Below are positions 48,212 to 58,493 of a DNA stretch of 64,000 nucleotides, piece by piece (positions within the stretch are counted from its first letter, which is position 1; each line of letters starts with the position of its first letter). The DNA is from an uncultured Bacilli bacterium (GTDB lineage: Bacteria > Bacillota_I > Bacilli_A > RF39 > UBA660). The stretch is from NCBI GenBank assembly GCA_934167465.1, contig CAKPKR010000001.1, positions 359,732 through 423,731 on the forward strand, read 5' to 3'. Below the pieces are notes generated by a model. The model made no database searches. It had not been told where the DNA came from and saw only the letters and a list, made by a program, of their open reading frames with translations. The position numbers and the translations under genes are program-made.

Positions 48212-49405
48212 ATGAGAGCTATAGTATTATCAGGTGGTGGCTCTAAAGGAGCATACCAAATTGGTGTATGGAAAGCTTTAAGAAAGCTTAAATTGAAGTA
48301 TGATGTAGTAACTGGAACTAGCGTTGGTGCATTAAATGCAGCTCTTATGGTTCAAAATAATTATTATAAAGCACTTTATTTTTGGAGAAAATTGTCTTTT
48401 AGTGATGTAATAGATGAAGAAATAGATAAAAACATAACTAAAAAAGAAATATATAAAAAATATTTGAGCGCTGTTATGAATGGTGGTATGAAAACAAATA
48501 ATTTAAAAAAAACAGTTTCAAAAGCCATTAGTGTTAAAAAAATATACAATTCTCCAATTGATATGGGGATAGTAACTGTTAAAAGTAAAGGTTTAAAACC
48601 AGTATTACTTAGAAAAAAAGATATAAAGAAAGATCAACTATATGATTATTTAGTAGCTTCAGCATCTTGTTTTCCAGCATTTTCGAAGAAAAAAATTGGT
48701 GATTCTGAGTATATAGATGGTGGTTTGTATGATAATATGCCAATTAATTTAGCAATCGATATGGGAGCAACAGAAGTAATAGCTATTGATCTTGAGGAAG
48801 TTGGAATTAAAAGAAGAGTAAAAAATAAAGAAATTCCAATCACTTATATTTCTCCAAATAATGATATTGGTTCGTTTCTTATATTTGAACATAAAATGGC
48901 TAAAAGAGCCATTCGTATTGGTTATAATGACGCAATGAAGAAATTTAAAGAACTAGATGGAAATGTATATACATTTAAAAAAGGAGAAATTAGAGATAGT
49001 TATTTAAAATATTACAATGATTTTAGAAATGAAGTTGAAAAAATAATTGAAAATAAAATGCTTGAAATAGGTGTATATAAGAAAATAATAAATTCTAAAA
49101 ACTGGGAGCAGGATTATCTAAGAATGTTAGAACAATTAGCAAAAATCTTTGAATTAGATGATTCTCTTATATATAATATGTCTAGATTTAATAAAATACT
49201 TATTAAAAAATTTGAAGACACAAGTGAAATTATTGATATTCAAGGATTTATTAAAAAGGCGGATTTTAAAAAATTGATTAATAAAAGATTACTTGTAAAA
49301 AAAATGTATTTTTATAAGAGAGAAAAATTAGCTTCTCTATTTCCAAGGGAATATTTAATGACAATATATTTAAAATTAATTATTGGAAATGCAGTTGTAT
49401 ATTAA
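48212..49405 (+). CDS. Patatin-like phospholipase
   Basis: GGGSKG oxyanion motif, GTSVG (GxSxG) nucleophile and the DGG motif. Confidence 0.8.
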   Translation: MRAIVLSGGGSKGAYQIGVWKALRKLKLKYDVVTGTSVGALNAALMVQNNYYKALYFWRKLSFSDVIDEEIDKNITKKEIYKKYLSAVMNGGMKTNNLKKTVSKAISVKKIYNSPIDMGIVTVKSKGLKPVLLRKKDIKKDQLYDYLVASASCFPAFSKKKIGDSEYIDGGLYDNMPINLAIDMGATEVIAIDLEEVGIKRRVKNKEIPITYISPNNDIGSFLIFEHKMAKRAIRIGYNDAMKKFKELDGNVYTFKKGEIRDSYLKYYNDFRNEVEKIIENKMLEIGVYKKIINSKNWEQDYLRMLEQLAKIFELDDSLIYNMSRFNKILIKKFEDTSEIIDIQGFIKKADFKKLINKRLLVKKMYFYKREKLASLFPREYLMTIYLKLIIGNAVVY

Positions 49406-49417
49406 GTAGGTGAAAAA

Positions 49418-50674
49418 ATGAAAAAAATATTTATGTTACTTATAGTTTTATTTATATTGTATTTTGGCTTTCAAGTAGCTTTTAGATATTTGGACAAAGG
49501 GCATACATATGAATATACTTTGAATGATGATAAAAAATTTGAGATAAAAGAAGTACTAACTCAAAATATTGAAAAAGAAAAAAATAACTATTATTTTGAA
49601 ATTAAAGTTGAAGATGAAATATTTAGCTTTCAAACATACAATATTTATAGTAGAGCTACTGGTATCATAAAAAAAATAAAATATTTTTCTAATTCCAATT
49701 ATAAATGCATTTTACCTTTATTGGCTAAGAATGAATATATTACTGATATGATTTGTAAAAAAGATGATGTATATTATTACTATAGTAGTATAAGAAATAA
49801 TGACCCAGAGGTTGATAATTTTGCTGATGCTAATATAGATTTTGAGGTTTATAAAGATGATACAGATGTAATTAAGAAAACAAGCAATTTTTATGTTTAT
49901 AATAATTTGTTAGAAAACAAATATATTGCGGTAGACTACTATAAAGGAATATATGTTGTTAGTAAAAATTCTAAATATAAAAAGATAGAAATATTTGAAA
50001 AAGAAAAATATAATCGTCCTGTTTCGACACAAGTTAATAAATATTATTTAAGTGCTGATTATGATAAAGATTATGAATTTAATGAATTTAAATTAGTTAA
50101 TTTAGAAAATTCTAAAATAGAAAAAATTACTTCTGATTATACAATATCATTTGATTCATATATTCAGGGTATTATAAATGATGAAGTATATTTATTTGAC
50201 AAAACTAATAAGAAACAATATAAGATTGATGTAAAAAATAAAGTTGTTTATTATATTGGAAATGAAAAAGGAATTAAAATTTATAAAAATGGTGAATTTG
50301 TTTTAGAAAATGTATATAAAGCAATCAATGAAAATATTATGTTTGATGAGTATACTACCGACAATAACTTTGAAATATCAGGTTATAATTTATTTAAAGT
50401 AAATGGAAATAAATTATCAGGTTATTATCTTGTTTATCAAAAGGTTAATAATGTCTATAAAGTGTATAAAGTAAATGTTCAAAATAAAGATATAATTACT
50501 TATCTATTTACAACTACAGATATTAATGCTATTAAGTGTAGTAATGAATATATATTTTTTAAAGATAATAAAGAAATTAAATATTTTAATGATTTAATAG
50601 GTGTTAAAACATTATTAAAATATAATGAATTAGAATTTAATAATAAATTAAATTTCTATGTTTATAGTAAATAA
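49418..50674 (+). CDS. Hypothetical membrane-anchored protein (418 aa)
   Basis: One N-terminal transmembrane segment, a Y/N/K-rich body and no conserved motifs. Confidence 0.45.
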   Translation: MKKIFMLLIVLFILYFGFQVAFRYLDKGHTYEYTLNDDKKFEIKEVLTQNIEKEKNNYYFEIKVEDEIFSFQTYNIYSRATGIIKKIKYFSNSNYKCILPLLAKNEYITDMICKKDDVYYYYSSIRNNDPEVDNFADANIDFEVYKDDTDVIKKTSNFYVYNNLLENKYIAVDYYKGIYVVSKNSKYKKIEIFEKEKYNRPVSTQVNKYYLSADYDKDYEFNEFKLVNLENSKIEKITSDYTISFDSYIQGIINDEVYLFDKTNKKQYKIDVKNKVVYYIGNEKGIKIYKNGEFVLENVYKAINENIMFDEYTTDNNFEISGYNLFKVNGNKLSGYYLVYQKVNNVYKVYKVNVQNKDIITYLFTTTDINAIKCSNEYIFFKDNKEIKYFNDLIGVKTLLKYNELEFNNKLNFYVYSK

Positions 50675-50719
50675 GAACTATGTTCTTATTTTTTCATATA
50701 TTAATATAGAGGTGATATT

Positions 50720-51169
50720 ATGTATCGTGTTTATCAGGTACAAGTTAATGATACTTTAGAAACAATAGCTAATATGCTTAATACAAGTATTGATAATTTA
50801 AAAAAAATAAATGGAATTAAAAATGATGTTAATTTAATGCCGGGTAGTTTTTTAATTGTTCCCGTAACTGATGATAGATTTACAACTTATAGCGTTAAAA
50901 AAGGAGATACAATATATTCAATAGCACAAGCTAATGGTTTAAATGAAGATTTATTATTAATGGTAAATGGTTTAAAAAAAGAGGATTACATTTATCCAAA
51001 TCAAGAAATAATCATACCATCTAAAAACTACAAATATTATGTAACTAAAGAGGGAGATACTTTAGCATCTATCGCAAATGATTTGAAAATTGATTACAAT
51101 ACAATATTAAAGAATAATGATGAAATTAGATTAGAAGAAGATCAATTAATAATATATAAGACAAATTAA
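50720..51169 (+). CDS. Triple-LysM peptidoglycan-binding protein
   Basis: Three LysM units (YQVQVNDTLETIA..., YSVKKGDTIYSIA..., YYVTKEGDTLASIA...). Preceded by a conserved CATATATTAATATAGAGGTGAT motif. Confidence 0.75.
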   Translation: MYRVYQVQVNDTLETIANMLNTSIDNLKKINGIKNDVNLMPGSFLIVPVTDDRFTTYSVKKGDTIYSIAQANGLNEDLLLMVNGLKKEDYIYPNQEIIIPSKNYKYYVTKEGDTLASIANDLKIDYNTILKNNDEIRLEEDQLIIYKTN

Positions 51170-51239
51170 TGTCTTTTTTTTTAATTGACTTTTGATTTAT
51201 TCTATACTAAAGTAATGCTTCAAGAAGGGGTGAAAATTA

Positions 51240-51626
51240 ATGAATGGTACTATAAAGATAAATAGAAAACTTGAACCAATTATATTGGAAGAATATTGCG
51301 TTAATACTAGAATGAATGTTGGATTTGAAATTAATGTATTAAATGAATCTAGTCAATTTCTTTTTTTACCACAACTAGAAAGATGGATATGCAATTACGT
51401 TTGGGGTAAAGATAGCATAATATTACAAGAATCAATAAGAACATTGCATGGAACTGAAATTTTTAAAATAAGTGATTATATATTTAAAAAACTAAATGGA
51501 CGTAGAATTAATAATGAACAATTAAAAAAATGTCTTATCGAAACGTTAGTTGAATTAAATATAGATTTAAATGAATTTAGAAATATATCGATAGAAAAAT
51601 TACCACGATTATGTAAGAAAAAATAA
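51240..51626 (+). CDS. Hypothetical 128-aa protein
   Basis: ORF with a GGGGTGA ribosome-binding site. Confidence 0.4.
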   Translation: MNGTIKINRKLEPIILEEYCVNTRMNVGFEINVLNESSQFLFLPQLERWICNYVWGKDSIILQESIRTLHGTEIFKISDYIFKKLNGRRINNEQLKKCLIETLVELNIDLNEFRNISIEKLPRLCKKK

Positions 51627-51718
51627 TAAAGTGACATTGGCTCATGAAAAGATAATTATAAATTGTCTTTTTTTTTTAATAAATTTAGTATATAATAATA
51701 ACATAAGGAAGTGAAAAA

Positions 51719-52123
51719 ATGAAAAAAATATTATTAGTATTATTAGTTATGTTATCATTAGTTGGATGTTCTAAAGGAACATATACAGAACCTGTTGAAA
51801 TTAAATATGATGAATTTCAATCAAAAATAGAAAACAAGGAATCATTTGTACTTTTTATGTGGCAAACTGGTTGTTCACATTGTGAAGATTTTGAACCAAC
51901 ATTAGAAGAAGTAATAAAAGAAAAGGATATTTTGATTTATTCAATCAATTTAAAAGAATTATCAGAAGAAGAATATGCTAAATTAGAAAATAAAACTTTT
52001 ATAAAAGGAACACCTACTATGGTTTATGTTAAGGATGGATCTGTTCAATCAACTAAATTAGTTGGAAATAAAAGTAAAGAAGATTTAATAGATTTTTTAA
52101 AAAATTATGAAGTTATAAAATAG
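51719..52123 (+). CDS. Thioredoxin-fold lipoprotein with a CxxC motif
   Basis: Lipobox LVGCS and a WQTGCSHCE redox motif. Confidence 0.65.
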   Translation: MKKILLVLLVMLSLVGCSKGTYTEPVEIKYDEFQSKIENKESFVLFMWQTGCSHCEDFEPTLEEVIKEKDILIYSINLKELSEEEYAKLENKTFIKGTPTMVYVKDGSVQSTKLVGNKSKEDLIDFLKNYEVIK

Positions 52124-52133
52124 GAGGGTAATT

Positions 52134-53084
52134 ATGGAATTTAGTGTAATAAAACAGTATGGTGAAGATTTAACTCGTAAAACATATGTTACTAATCCAG
52201 CTATTGCCCGTGAAGAAGAAATAAAAAAATTAATAATGGTTTTATTAACACCAGAAAAATCTGGACTTTTAATAGGTAAAGCTGGTATTGGTAAAACAGC
52301 CATTGTAGAAGGTTTAGCTTACTTAATTCAAAGAAATGAAGTTCCAGATGCTTTAAAGGGATATCGAATAATTAAAATAAATTCAACATCATTATTAGGA
52401 AAAATGGATATAGATGGAAAAGAAGAAATGATTATTCAAATTTTAGTAAAGGAATTAAAAGAAACTGAAAAAACAATTTTATTTATTGATGAAATACATA
52501 CCTTAATAGGTGGTAAACAAGATGGCCCTATGGATTTAGCAAACATTTTAAAACCTGCTTTAGATAGAGGAGATATAAAAGCAATAGGTGCTACTACTAC
52601 TCAAGAATATGATACTTATATTATAAGAGATAGAGCTTTTTTAAGACGTTTTGAAAGAATAGATGTCTTAGAACCAGACGAAGCTACAACTGTTAAAATA
52701 TTGATGGGTTCATTACCTAAGATAGAAAAACAAACAGGATGTAAATTCAAATATAACGATTATGTTACAAAAATGTTAATTGAATCAATTGTAAGTGCTA
52801 CATCAGAATACAAAAGAGTATATGGTTTAGCGGCTATGTATCCTGATGTTTCTTTTTCTGTATTGACTGGAGCTTTTTCACAAGCATTATTTGATAATAG
52901 AAATGAAGTAGATGTTTTAGATGTTTATAATGCTATTAAAGTTTCAAAAAGAATCTATCCAGATAGCATAATTAAAGAATTAACAGCATTTAGAGAAAAA
53001 TTTGGTGATTTTTGTAAAGAACAAAATATTGAATTACCAATTGTAAGTATTGATGAAATTAAAGGTGAAAGTGATTTTTATTGA
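52134..53084 (+). CDS. Stand-alone Clp-type AAA+ D1 domain protein (316 aa), paralogous to the N-terminal half of ClpB
   Basis: GKAGIGKTAIVEGLA, ILFIDEIHTLIG, ILKPALDRG and RRFERIDV align with the ClpB D1 motifs. There is no middle domain or D2. Confidence 0.65.
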   Translation: MEFSVIKQYGEDLTRKTYVTNPAIAREEEIKKLIMVLLTPEKSGLLIGKAGIGKTAIVEGLAYLIQRNEVPDALKGYRIIKINSTSLLGKMDIDGKEEMIIQILVKELKETEKTILFIDEIHTLIGGKQDGPMDLANILKPALDRGDIKAIGATTTQEYDTYIIRDRAFLRRFERIDVLEPDEATTVKILMGSLPKIEKQTGCKFKYNDYVTKMLIESIVSATSEYKRVYGLAAMYPDVSFSVLTGAFSQALFDNRNEVDVLDVYNAIKVSKRIYPDSIIKELTAFREKFGDFCKEQNIELPIVSIDEIKGESDFY

Positions 53085-53114
53085 TAAAATACTATTTATA
53101 TAGAAGGTGAAAAT

Positions 53115-53582
53115 ATGAGAAAAATACCATTGAAAAACTATTTTATTTTAGCGGCAATAATAATATTGTCAGGAATTATTGTAATATATATAGCTAATAT
53201 GTATAGAAATAAAAAAGATTATGAAAAAGAAGATACAATGTCATTTTTAAGAGAAATTTATGCTAAAGATTTTGAAAACTTTATAATTGAAAATCCAGAT
53301 TCAATTGTATATGTTAATGATGCTTCTAATGAAACATTGGAGTTAGAACTAAAAAAATATATAATTGAAAAAGATTATATTCAAGATATTGTTTATATTG
53401 ATACAAATAAAATAAATATAGATTTTGTAAATGTTTTGAAAAAATATTCTAGTTTAATTGATGATAAATTACCAAATGTTCTTATAATTAAAGGCGGAAA
53501 AATTATCAATATGTTGTATATAGAAGAAGATACAACACCATCTCAAATAATTGAATTTATGGGACTTTATTATAATGATTAA
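53115..53582 (+). CDS. Membrane-anchored thioredoxin-like protein, with no CxxC
   Basis: One N-terminal transmembrane segment. Weak thioredoxin-like fold. Overlaps trmL. Confidence 0.35.
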   Translation: MRKIPLKNYFILAAIIILSGIIVIYIANMYRNKKDYEKEDTMSFLREIYAKDFENFIIENPDSIVYVNDASNETLELELKKYIIEKDYIQDIVYIDTNKINIDFVNVLKKYSSLIDDKLPNVLIIKGGKIINMLYIEEDTTPSQIIEFMGLYYND

Positions 53583-54081
53583 TGTTGTTTTGTTTGAACC
53601 AGAAATACCTGGTAATACAGGAAATATAATGCGTACTTGTGCAGGAACAGGTGTTAAGTTGCATTTAATAGAACCATTAGGTTTTAGATTAGATGAAAAA
53701 AGTATAAAAAGAAGTGGTGTTAATTATATTGAACATTGTGATTATAAGGTATATAAAAACTTCGATGATTTTAAATCTCAAAACGAAGGAACATATTACT
53801 ATCTAACTAGATATGGAAGGAAACCACATACCTCATTTGATTATAGTAATAAAGATGAAAATATTTATATAATATTTGGCAAAGAAAGTACAGGTATTCC
53901 TAAAGAAATACTTAGTAAGGATTTAGACCATTGTATGAGGATGCCTATGAATGATAATATAAGAGCATTAAATTTATCTAATACTGTTGCTATAATGGTT
54001 TATGAAGTATTAAGACAACAAAATTATCGTGATTTATTATTTACTGATCCATTCAAAGGTAGTGATTATTTAGAAAAATAA
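53575..54081 (+). CDS. trmL: SpoU-family tRNA (cytidine/uridine-2'-O)-methyltransferase TrmL
   Basis: SPOUT motifs (VLFEPEIPGNTGNIMRTCA, IIFGKESTGIP, LNLSNTVAIMVYE) and length about 170 aa. Confidence 0.8.
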   Translation: MINVVLFEPEIPGNTGNIMRTCAGTGVKLHLIEPLGFRLDEKSIKRSGVNYIEHCDYKVYKNFDDFKSQNEGTYYYLTRYGRKPHTSFDYSNKDENIYIIFGKESTGIPKEILSKDLDHCMRMPMNDNIRALNLSNTVAIMVYEVLRQQNYRDLLFTDPFKGSDYLEK

Positions 54082-54173
54082 CGAATTAGCGTTATTTTTT
54101 TAATATATAATTTTTTTATGAAATTATATATTAAAAAATTAATATATATTATGAAATTATTATAACATTTTTC

Positions 54174-54204
54174 TTGACAAAAACGTCTGGGGGGGGGGTA
54201 TGAT
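54174..54204 (+). promoter_or_regulatory. Promoter TTGACA-19 nt-TATGAT whose spacer ends in a G10 homopolymer. Copy 2 of the duplicated promoter/leader block
   Basis: G10 at 54189-54198. The flanking sequence is identical to copy 1, including the leader GTAAGAAAGTAGGAA. Confidence 0.6.
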
Positions 54205-54227
54205 ATAAGTAAGAAAGTAGGAAAAAT

Positions 54228-55058
54228 ATGAAAAATATAATAAAAAGTAGAGTATTTTTAATACTAATATGTGGTTTAATATTTACTGGGTTAGGGGTCT
54301 ATGCAGCAACCACATATAAAGCAAGTGATGTAGTATATAATGCCACTGATGGAACAAGTATGAATGTAAATGATGCTTTGAATGAATTATATAATAAAAG
54401 TGGAAATAAAGGATACTACTATTATTACGAAAATGGAACAGCAATATATTATAATCCAGTAAGTGGAACAAAATGTAATGCTAGTGAAGCTGTAAGTACA
54501 ACAGGAACAAAAACAGGATGTATGAAATGGTATACATTTAACGATGATAGTGAATCATCAACAGTTAATATGATATTGGATCATAATACAACTTCTTCGA
54601 TTGAATGGAGTTCAAGCAAAAAAAATGTTGCATATGAAGAAAGTTACGTAAAACCAGAAGTTGATAAGTTGATAAGTGTTTCTAATTGGAAAGATATCCC
54701 TAGATTAATAAGTGCGGTTGAAGTAGCCAAAATAACTGGCAAGACAGATTTTAATAGTTTAGATGATACAACATGGTATTATTTAGATACTAATATTCAA
54801 ACCCAAATATCAAAATCTAAAGGAACAAGCAAGTATGCCTGGTTGTTTGACTATACAAATGGATGCACAAGTTATGGATGTAATATAGAGGATGTAAATA
54901 CATATGGGTATTGGACGTCAACAACATATGTAACGACTTCATCTGATAACTATGTGTGGAATGTAAACTGGAATGATCTTTTGTATAGCCATAATGCTAA
55001 CTATATTGGTAATGGTATTCGTCCAGTAATAACAATTTCAAAAACAAAACTTTCTTAA
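54228..55058 (+). CDS. Secreted 276-aa protein. Paralog B of the family at 47182
   Basis: N-terminal MKNIIKSRVFLILICGLIFTGLGVYAATTYKASDVVY...NVNDALNELYN is shared with paralog A. The C-terminus is unrelated, Y/W/T-rich. Confidence 0.55.
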   Translation: MKNIIKSRVFLILICGLIFTGLGVYAATTYKASDVVYNATDGTSMNVNDALNELYNKSGNKGYYYYYENGTAIYYNPVSGTKCNASEAVSTTGTKTGCMKWYTFNDDSESSTVNMILDHNTTSSIEWSSSKKNVAYEESYVKPEVDKLISVSNWKDIPRLISAVEVAKITGKTDFNSLDDTTWYYLDTNIQTQISKSKGTSKYAWLFDYTNGCTSYGCNIEDVNTYGYWTSTTYVTTSSDNYVWNVNWNDLLYSHNANYIGNGIRPVITISKTKLS

Positions 55059-55139
55059 AAATATAATAAAATAAATAAAAAGATTGTCAAATCTTTTTTT
55101 TAATGATAATATATAATATAGAGAATAGAGGAGGATACT

Positions 55140-55931
55140 ATGGAATTTATTGAAAATAATTATGTATGGTTAATAGTTATTGGTGTCATTGTTCTTATGA
55201 CTATAATTGGTTATTTTGCTGATAAGGCTGAAAAGAGAGGACCTGTTGTTAAAGAGGCAAAACCTAAAGAAATGAAAGAAAAAAAATCAAAAAAGAAAAA
55301 AGAAAAGAAAAACCAAATAATGGAATCAGTTCCTGAAGTAGAAGAAGAACAAGTAAGCGAAGAATTACCACCTGAGTGGGATGAAAATAAGAAACCTGTT
55401 GAAGAAAAAAAAGATGTGATGAACATTGAAGGAACAGCCAATATTGATGATTGGAGTGTATTACCAGTAGTTCCTGAAGTTGATGAGTCAAATAACAATA
55501 TATCAACAGAAAATGACGAATCACTAAATGAAAATAGCGTTGACTTTGGAAATGCTACAAATTCAGAAGAAAATGAATCTACAACTGATGAAACAAATGA
55601 TGATAAAGAAACTTCAGATGATGCTGAAAACAATGATTCAACAAAAGTATTAGATGAATCAGAAAATAACGAGACTGATATTGAAAAAAGCAATGAATCA
55701 AAAACTGAAGAACTAAATGAGTCAGAATCAAATGATGAAAATAAAACTGATTATAATTTATTAGATAATGATACAGAATTAGAAAACAATTCAGAAGAAA
55801 TAGGTACTTCTGATGACTCAATTCCAGAAGAAAATAGTGAATTAAATAATTTGGAGATAACTTTACCTAACATTGAAACATTGAATGAAGAAAATAAAGA
55901 CAATGATGACGAAGATGTATGGAAATTTTAA
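55140..55931 (+). CDS. Membrane-anchored acidic (E/D/N-rich) protein
   Basis: N-terminal transmembrane segment and a long acidic low-complexity tail. AGGAGGA ribosome-binding site. Confidence 0.45.
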   Translation: MEFIENNYVWLIVIGVIVLMTIIGYFADKAEKRGPVVKEAKPKEMKEKKSKKKKEKKNQIMESVPEVEEEQVSEELPPEWDENKKPVEEKKDVMNIEGTANIDDWSVLPVVPEVDESNNNISTENDESLNENSVDFGNATNSEENESTTDETNDDKETSDDAENNDSTKVLDESENNETDIEKSNESKTEELNESESNDENKTDYNLLDNDTELENNSEEIGTSDDSIPEENSELNNLEITLPNIETLNEENKDNDDEDVWKF

Positions 55932-56001
55932 AAAGTAGAATGTTCTACTTTTTTATTTTCCTATTTTGTGATATAATCTTGTAAGAATAAAGGAGGTATT
56001 T

Positions 56002-56823
56002 ATGACATTTGAAAGTATAGCTAGTTTATTAGTAAAATTATTGGATGTTTTACTTGTTTGGCTAGTTCTTTATTATATTTTAAAAAACTTAAGAAAAAAT
56101 GTAAAAATGGTTTTATTATTTAAAGGAGTATTAATAATTGTAATTCTAAAAATTATAAGTGATGTTTTAGATTTGGTAACAGTAGGTTATTTATTAGACT
56201 ATGTAATCACTTGGGGACCTTTGGCACTTATTGTAATATTCCAACCAGAAATAAGGAATGTCTTAGAATATTTAGGAAGAAGTCAACTTTTAGGAAGACA
56301 CAAAATGCTTACAGTTGATGAAAGAGAAAAAGTCGTATATGAAATTGTAAATGCAATGGAAGCTCTAAAAAAAGATAGAATTGGAGCTCTAATAGTTATT
56401 GAGAGAGACAATAGTTTAACAGAATATATCCAAAAATCAAAAAAAATATATGCTGATATATCAAGTGATTTATTAGTTTCAATATTTTTCCCAAACAATC
56501 CATTACATGATGGTGGTGTAATTATTCAAGGTGATAAAATTACAAGTGCAGGAGCAGTATTTCCAACTAGTGATAATTTAAAAATAAGTAAAAGATTAGG
56601 GACTAGACATAGAGCTGCTTTAGGAATATCAGAAACTGGCGATTCAATTTCTTTAGTTGTTTCAGAGGAAACAGGAAGATTGTCAATAGCAATGAATGGC
56701 GAATTACGATACAATCTTACTTTAGATGAAGTAAAAATGACTTTACTAGAAGAACTACGACCAAAACAATCATTATTAATGGACTACAATGAGGAAGGTG
56801 AAGAAAATGAAAGTGATAACTAA
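56002..56823 (+). CDS. cdaA: Diadenylate cyclase CdaA (DisA_N domain), a c-di-AMP synthase
   Basis: Three N-terminal transmembrane helices and DAC-domain motifs (DGGVIIQGDKI, RHRAALG). Confidence 0.85.
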   Translation: MTFESIASLLVKLLDVLLVWLVLYYILKNLRKNVKMVLLFKGVLIIVILKIISDVLDLVTVGYLLDYVITWGPLALIVIFQPEIRNVLEYLGRSQLLGRHKMLTVDEREKVVYEIVNAMEALKKDRIGALIVIERDNSLTEYIQKSKKIYADISSDLLVSIFFPNNPLHDGGVIIQGDKITSAGAVFPTSDNLKISKRLGTRHRAALGISETGDSISLVVSEETGRLSIAMNGELRYNLTLDEVKMTLLEELRPKQSLLMDYNEEGEENESDN

Positions 56824-58150
56824 TTTTTTAAAAAACATAATTTCCTTCATAGATAAAAAAATAGTAGTTCCAATTACAAAATTAGTATTAAAAATAACTT
56901 CAAATTTTGATAAGTCTGGTAAAAAAGTTGAAAATTGGTTAACAAAAACAAACACATTATTATTCATTTCATTATTTTTAGCAATTGCTATATTTATAAT
57001 GATTGATCAAAAAATACTTATATATACAGATAACAATGCAGTTGTATTAAAAAATCAACCAGTTAAAGTAAATTATAATTCTGAAAAATATGTAGTTGAA
57101 GGATTACCTGAAACAGTTGATATAACTTTAATAGGATCAAAAACTGACTTGTATATTGCTAAACAATCATCATCACATGATATTAATATAGATTTAGCTG
57201 GATTAAAAGCAGGTACACATAAAGTTAATATTTCATATAATCAAAATACAGGATCAATTGAATCTATGGTTAATCCAAGTGTAGCAACTGTAATAATTTA
57301 TGAAAAAGTTTCTGAAACAAGAACAATGACAGTTGATATTATAAATAAAGACAAAATAGATTCAAAACTATCAATTGAAAACATAAAATATGATACTGAT
57401 AAAGTAGTAATTAAAGGTGCTGAACATCAATTAAAAGAAGTTGTAAGTATTAAAGCTTTAGTTGATTTAGGACATTTACCTGCAAACACAGTTGGTACAT
57501 ATACATTAAAAGATGTTCCTCTAAAAGCTTATAATGCTAATGGAGAAGTAGTTGATGTCGAAATAGTACCTGAAACAATCGATGTTACTTTAGATGTTAC
57601 ATCACCAAGTAAAGAAGTACCACTAAAAGTAATTCCAACTGGCGAAGTAGCCTCAGGATTTGCAATTAGTACAATGTCATTAAATGAAACAAAGGTAACT
57701 ATTTATGGTGATACTGAAAGTTTAGGACAAATAAATTATATTCCAGTATCAATCGATGTTGCTAACTTAAAGACAAATAAAAACTATAAAGTTGAATTAC
57801 AAAAACCAGTAGGTATAAAAGCATTATCAGTTAATAATGTAACTGTTTCTGTAACATTAGGAGAGGTATCTAATAAAAAAATTGATAATGTTGGGATTGA
57901 ATATCGTAATTTAGCTGAAGGATATACAGTTCAAGGAATAGATAAAACTCGTGTTACTGTTACACTTAAAGGAGTGGATTCAGTAATTAAAAATATTACT
58001 TCTGAAGATGTTATGGCTTATATTGATTTGGAAGGGCTTACTGAAGGAGAACAAGAAGTTGAAGTAAAAGTTGAAGGAACAGATAATAAAGTTCAATATG
58101 TATCTATGACTAAGAAAATAAAAATTAAAATTTATAAGTCAGATAAATAA
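56807..58150 (+). CDS. cdaR: CdaR (YbbR-domain) regulator of CdaA
   Basis: N-terminal transmembrane segment followed by repeated beta-rich YbbR-like domains. Overlaps the cdaA stop, as in cdaA-cdaR operons. Confidence 0.65.
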   Translation: MKVITNFLKNIISFIDKKIVVPITKLVLKITSNFDKSGKKVENWLTKTNTLLFISLFLAIAIFIMIDQKILIYTDNNAVVLKNQPVKVNYNSEKYVVEGLPETVDITLIGSKTDLYIAKQSSSHDINIDLAGLKAGTHKVNISYNQNTGSIESMVNPSVATVIIYEKVSETRTMTVDIINKDKIDSKLSIENIKYDTDKVVIKGAEHQLKEVVSIKALVDLGHLPANTVGTYTLKDVPLKAYNANGEVVDVEIVPETIDVTLDVTSPSKEVPLKVIPTGEVASGFAISTMSLNETKVTIYGDTESLGQINYIPVSIDVANLKTNKNYKVELQKPVGIKALSVNNVTVSVTLGEVSNKKIDNVGIEYRNLAEGYTVQGIDKTRVTVTLKGVDSVIKNITSEDVMAYIDLEGLTEGEQEVEVKVEGTDNKVQYVSMTKKIKIKIYKSDK

Positions 58151-58171
58151 AAGGCACTTTAATAGTGTCTT

Positions 58172-58378
58172 TTATTCTTCGATATGATTAAACAACAATC
58201 CAATATTAATTATTCCACATATACCTACAATTATATAGACTATAGTAGCAAGGATTTTCATATTTATTAATTCAACAAATAAGTAATTAACTAAATTGAA
58301 ATCAAATAAGCCTACTAGTAACCAGTTCAAGGCACCAATAATTGTAAAAACTAGCGCTGTTTTTTGTAGTGTTTCCAT
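58172..58378 (-). CDS. DUF378-family small membrane protein
   Basis: GALNWLLVGLF signature and two transmembrane helices in 68 aa. Confidence 0.6.
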   Translation of the reverse strand: METLQKTALVFTIIGALNWLLVGLFDFNLVNYLFVELINMKILATIVYIIVGICGIINIGLLFNHIEE

Positions 58379-58493
58379 TCTACCATCCTTTCATTATATT
58401 ATTCATAATATATATTGCTCAAAAAAATAAAAAATATTCATAATGTGTTTTTTAATAAATATAATTAAATGAAAACATATATGAGGTGAAAGA

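Noticed and set aside
55211-55821. Three minus-strand ORFs antisense to the acidic protein gene
   Set aside because: Shadow frames of the E/D/N-rich repeat region. No starts with ribosome-binding sites.
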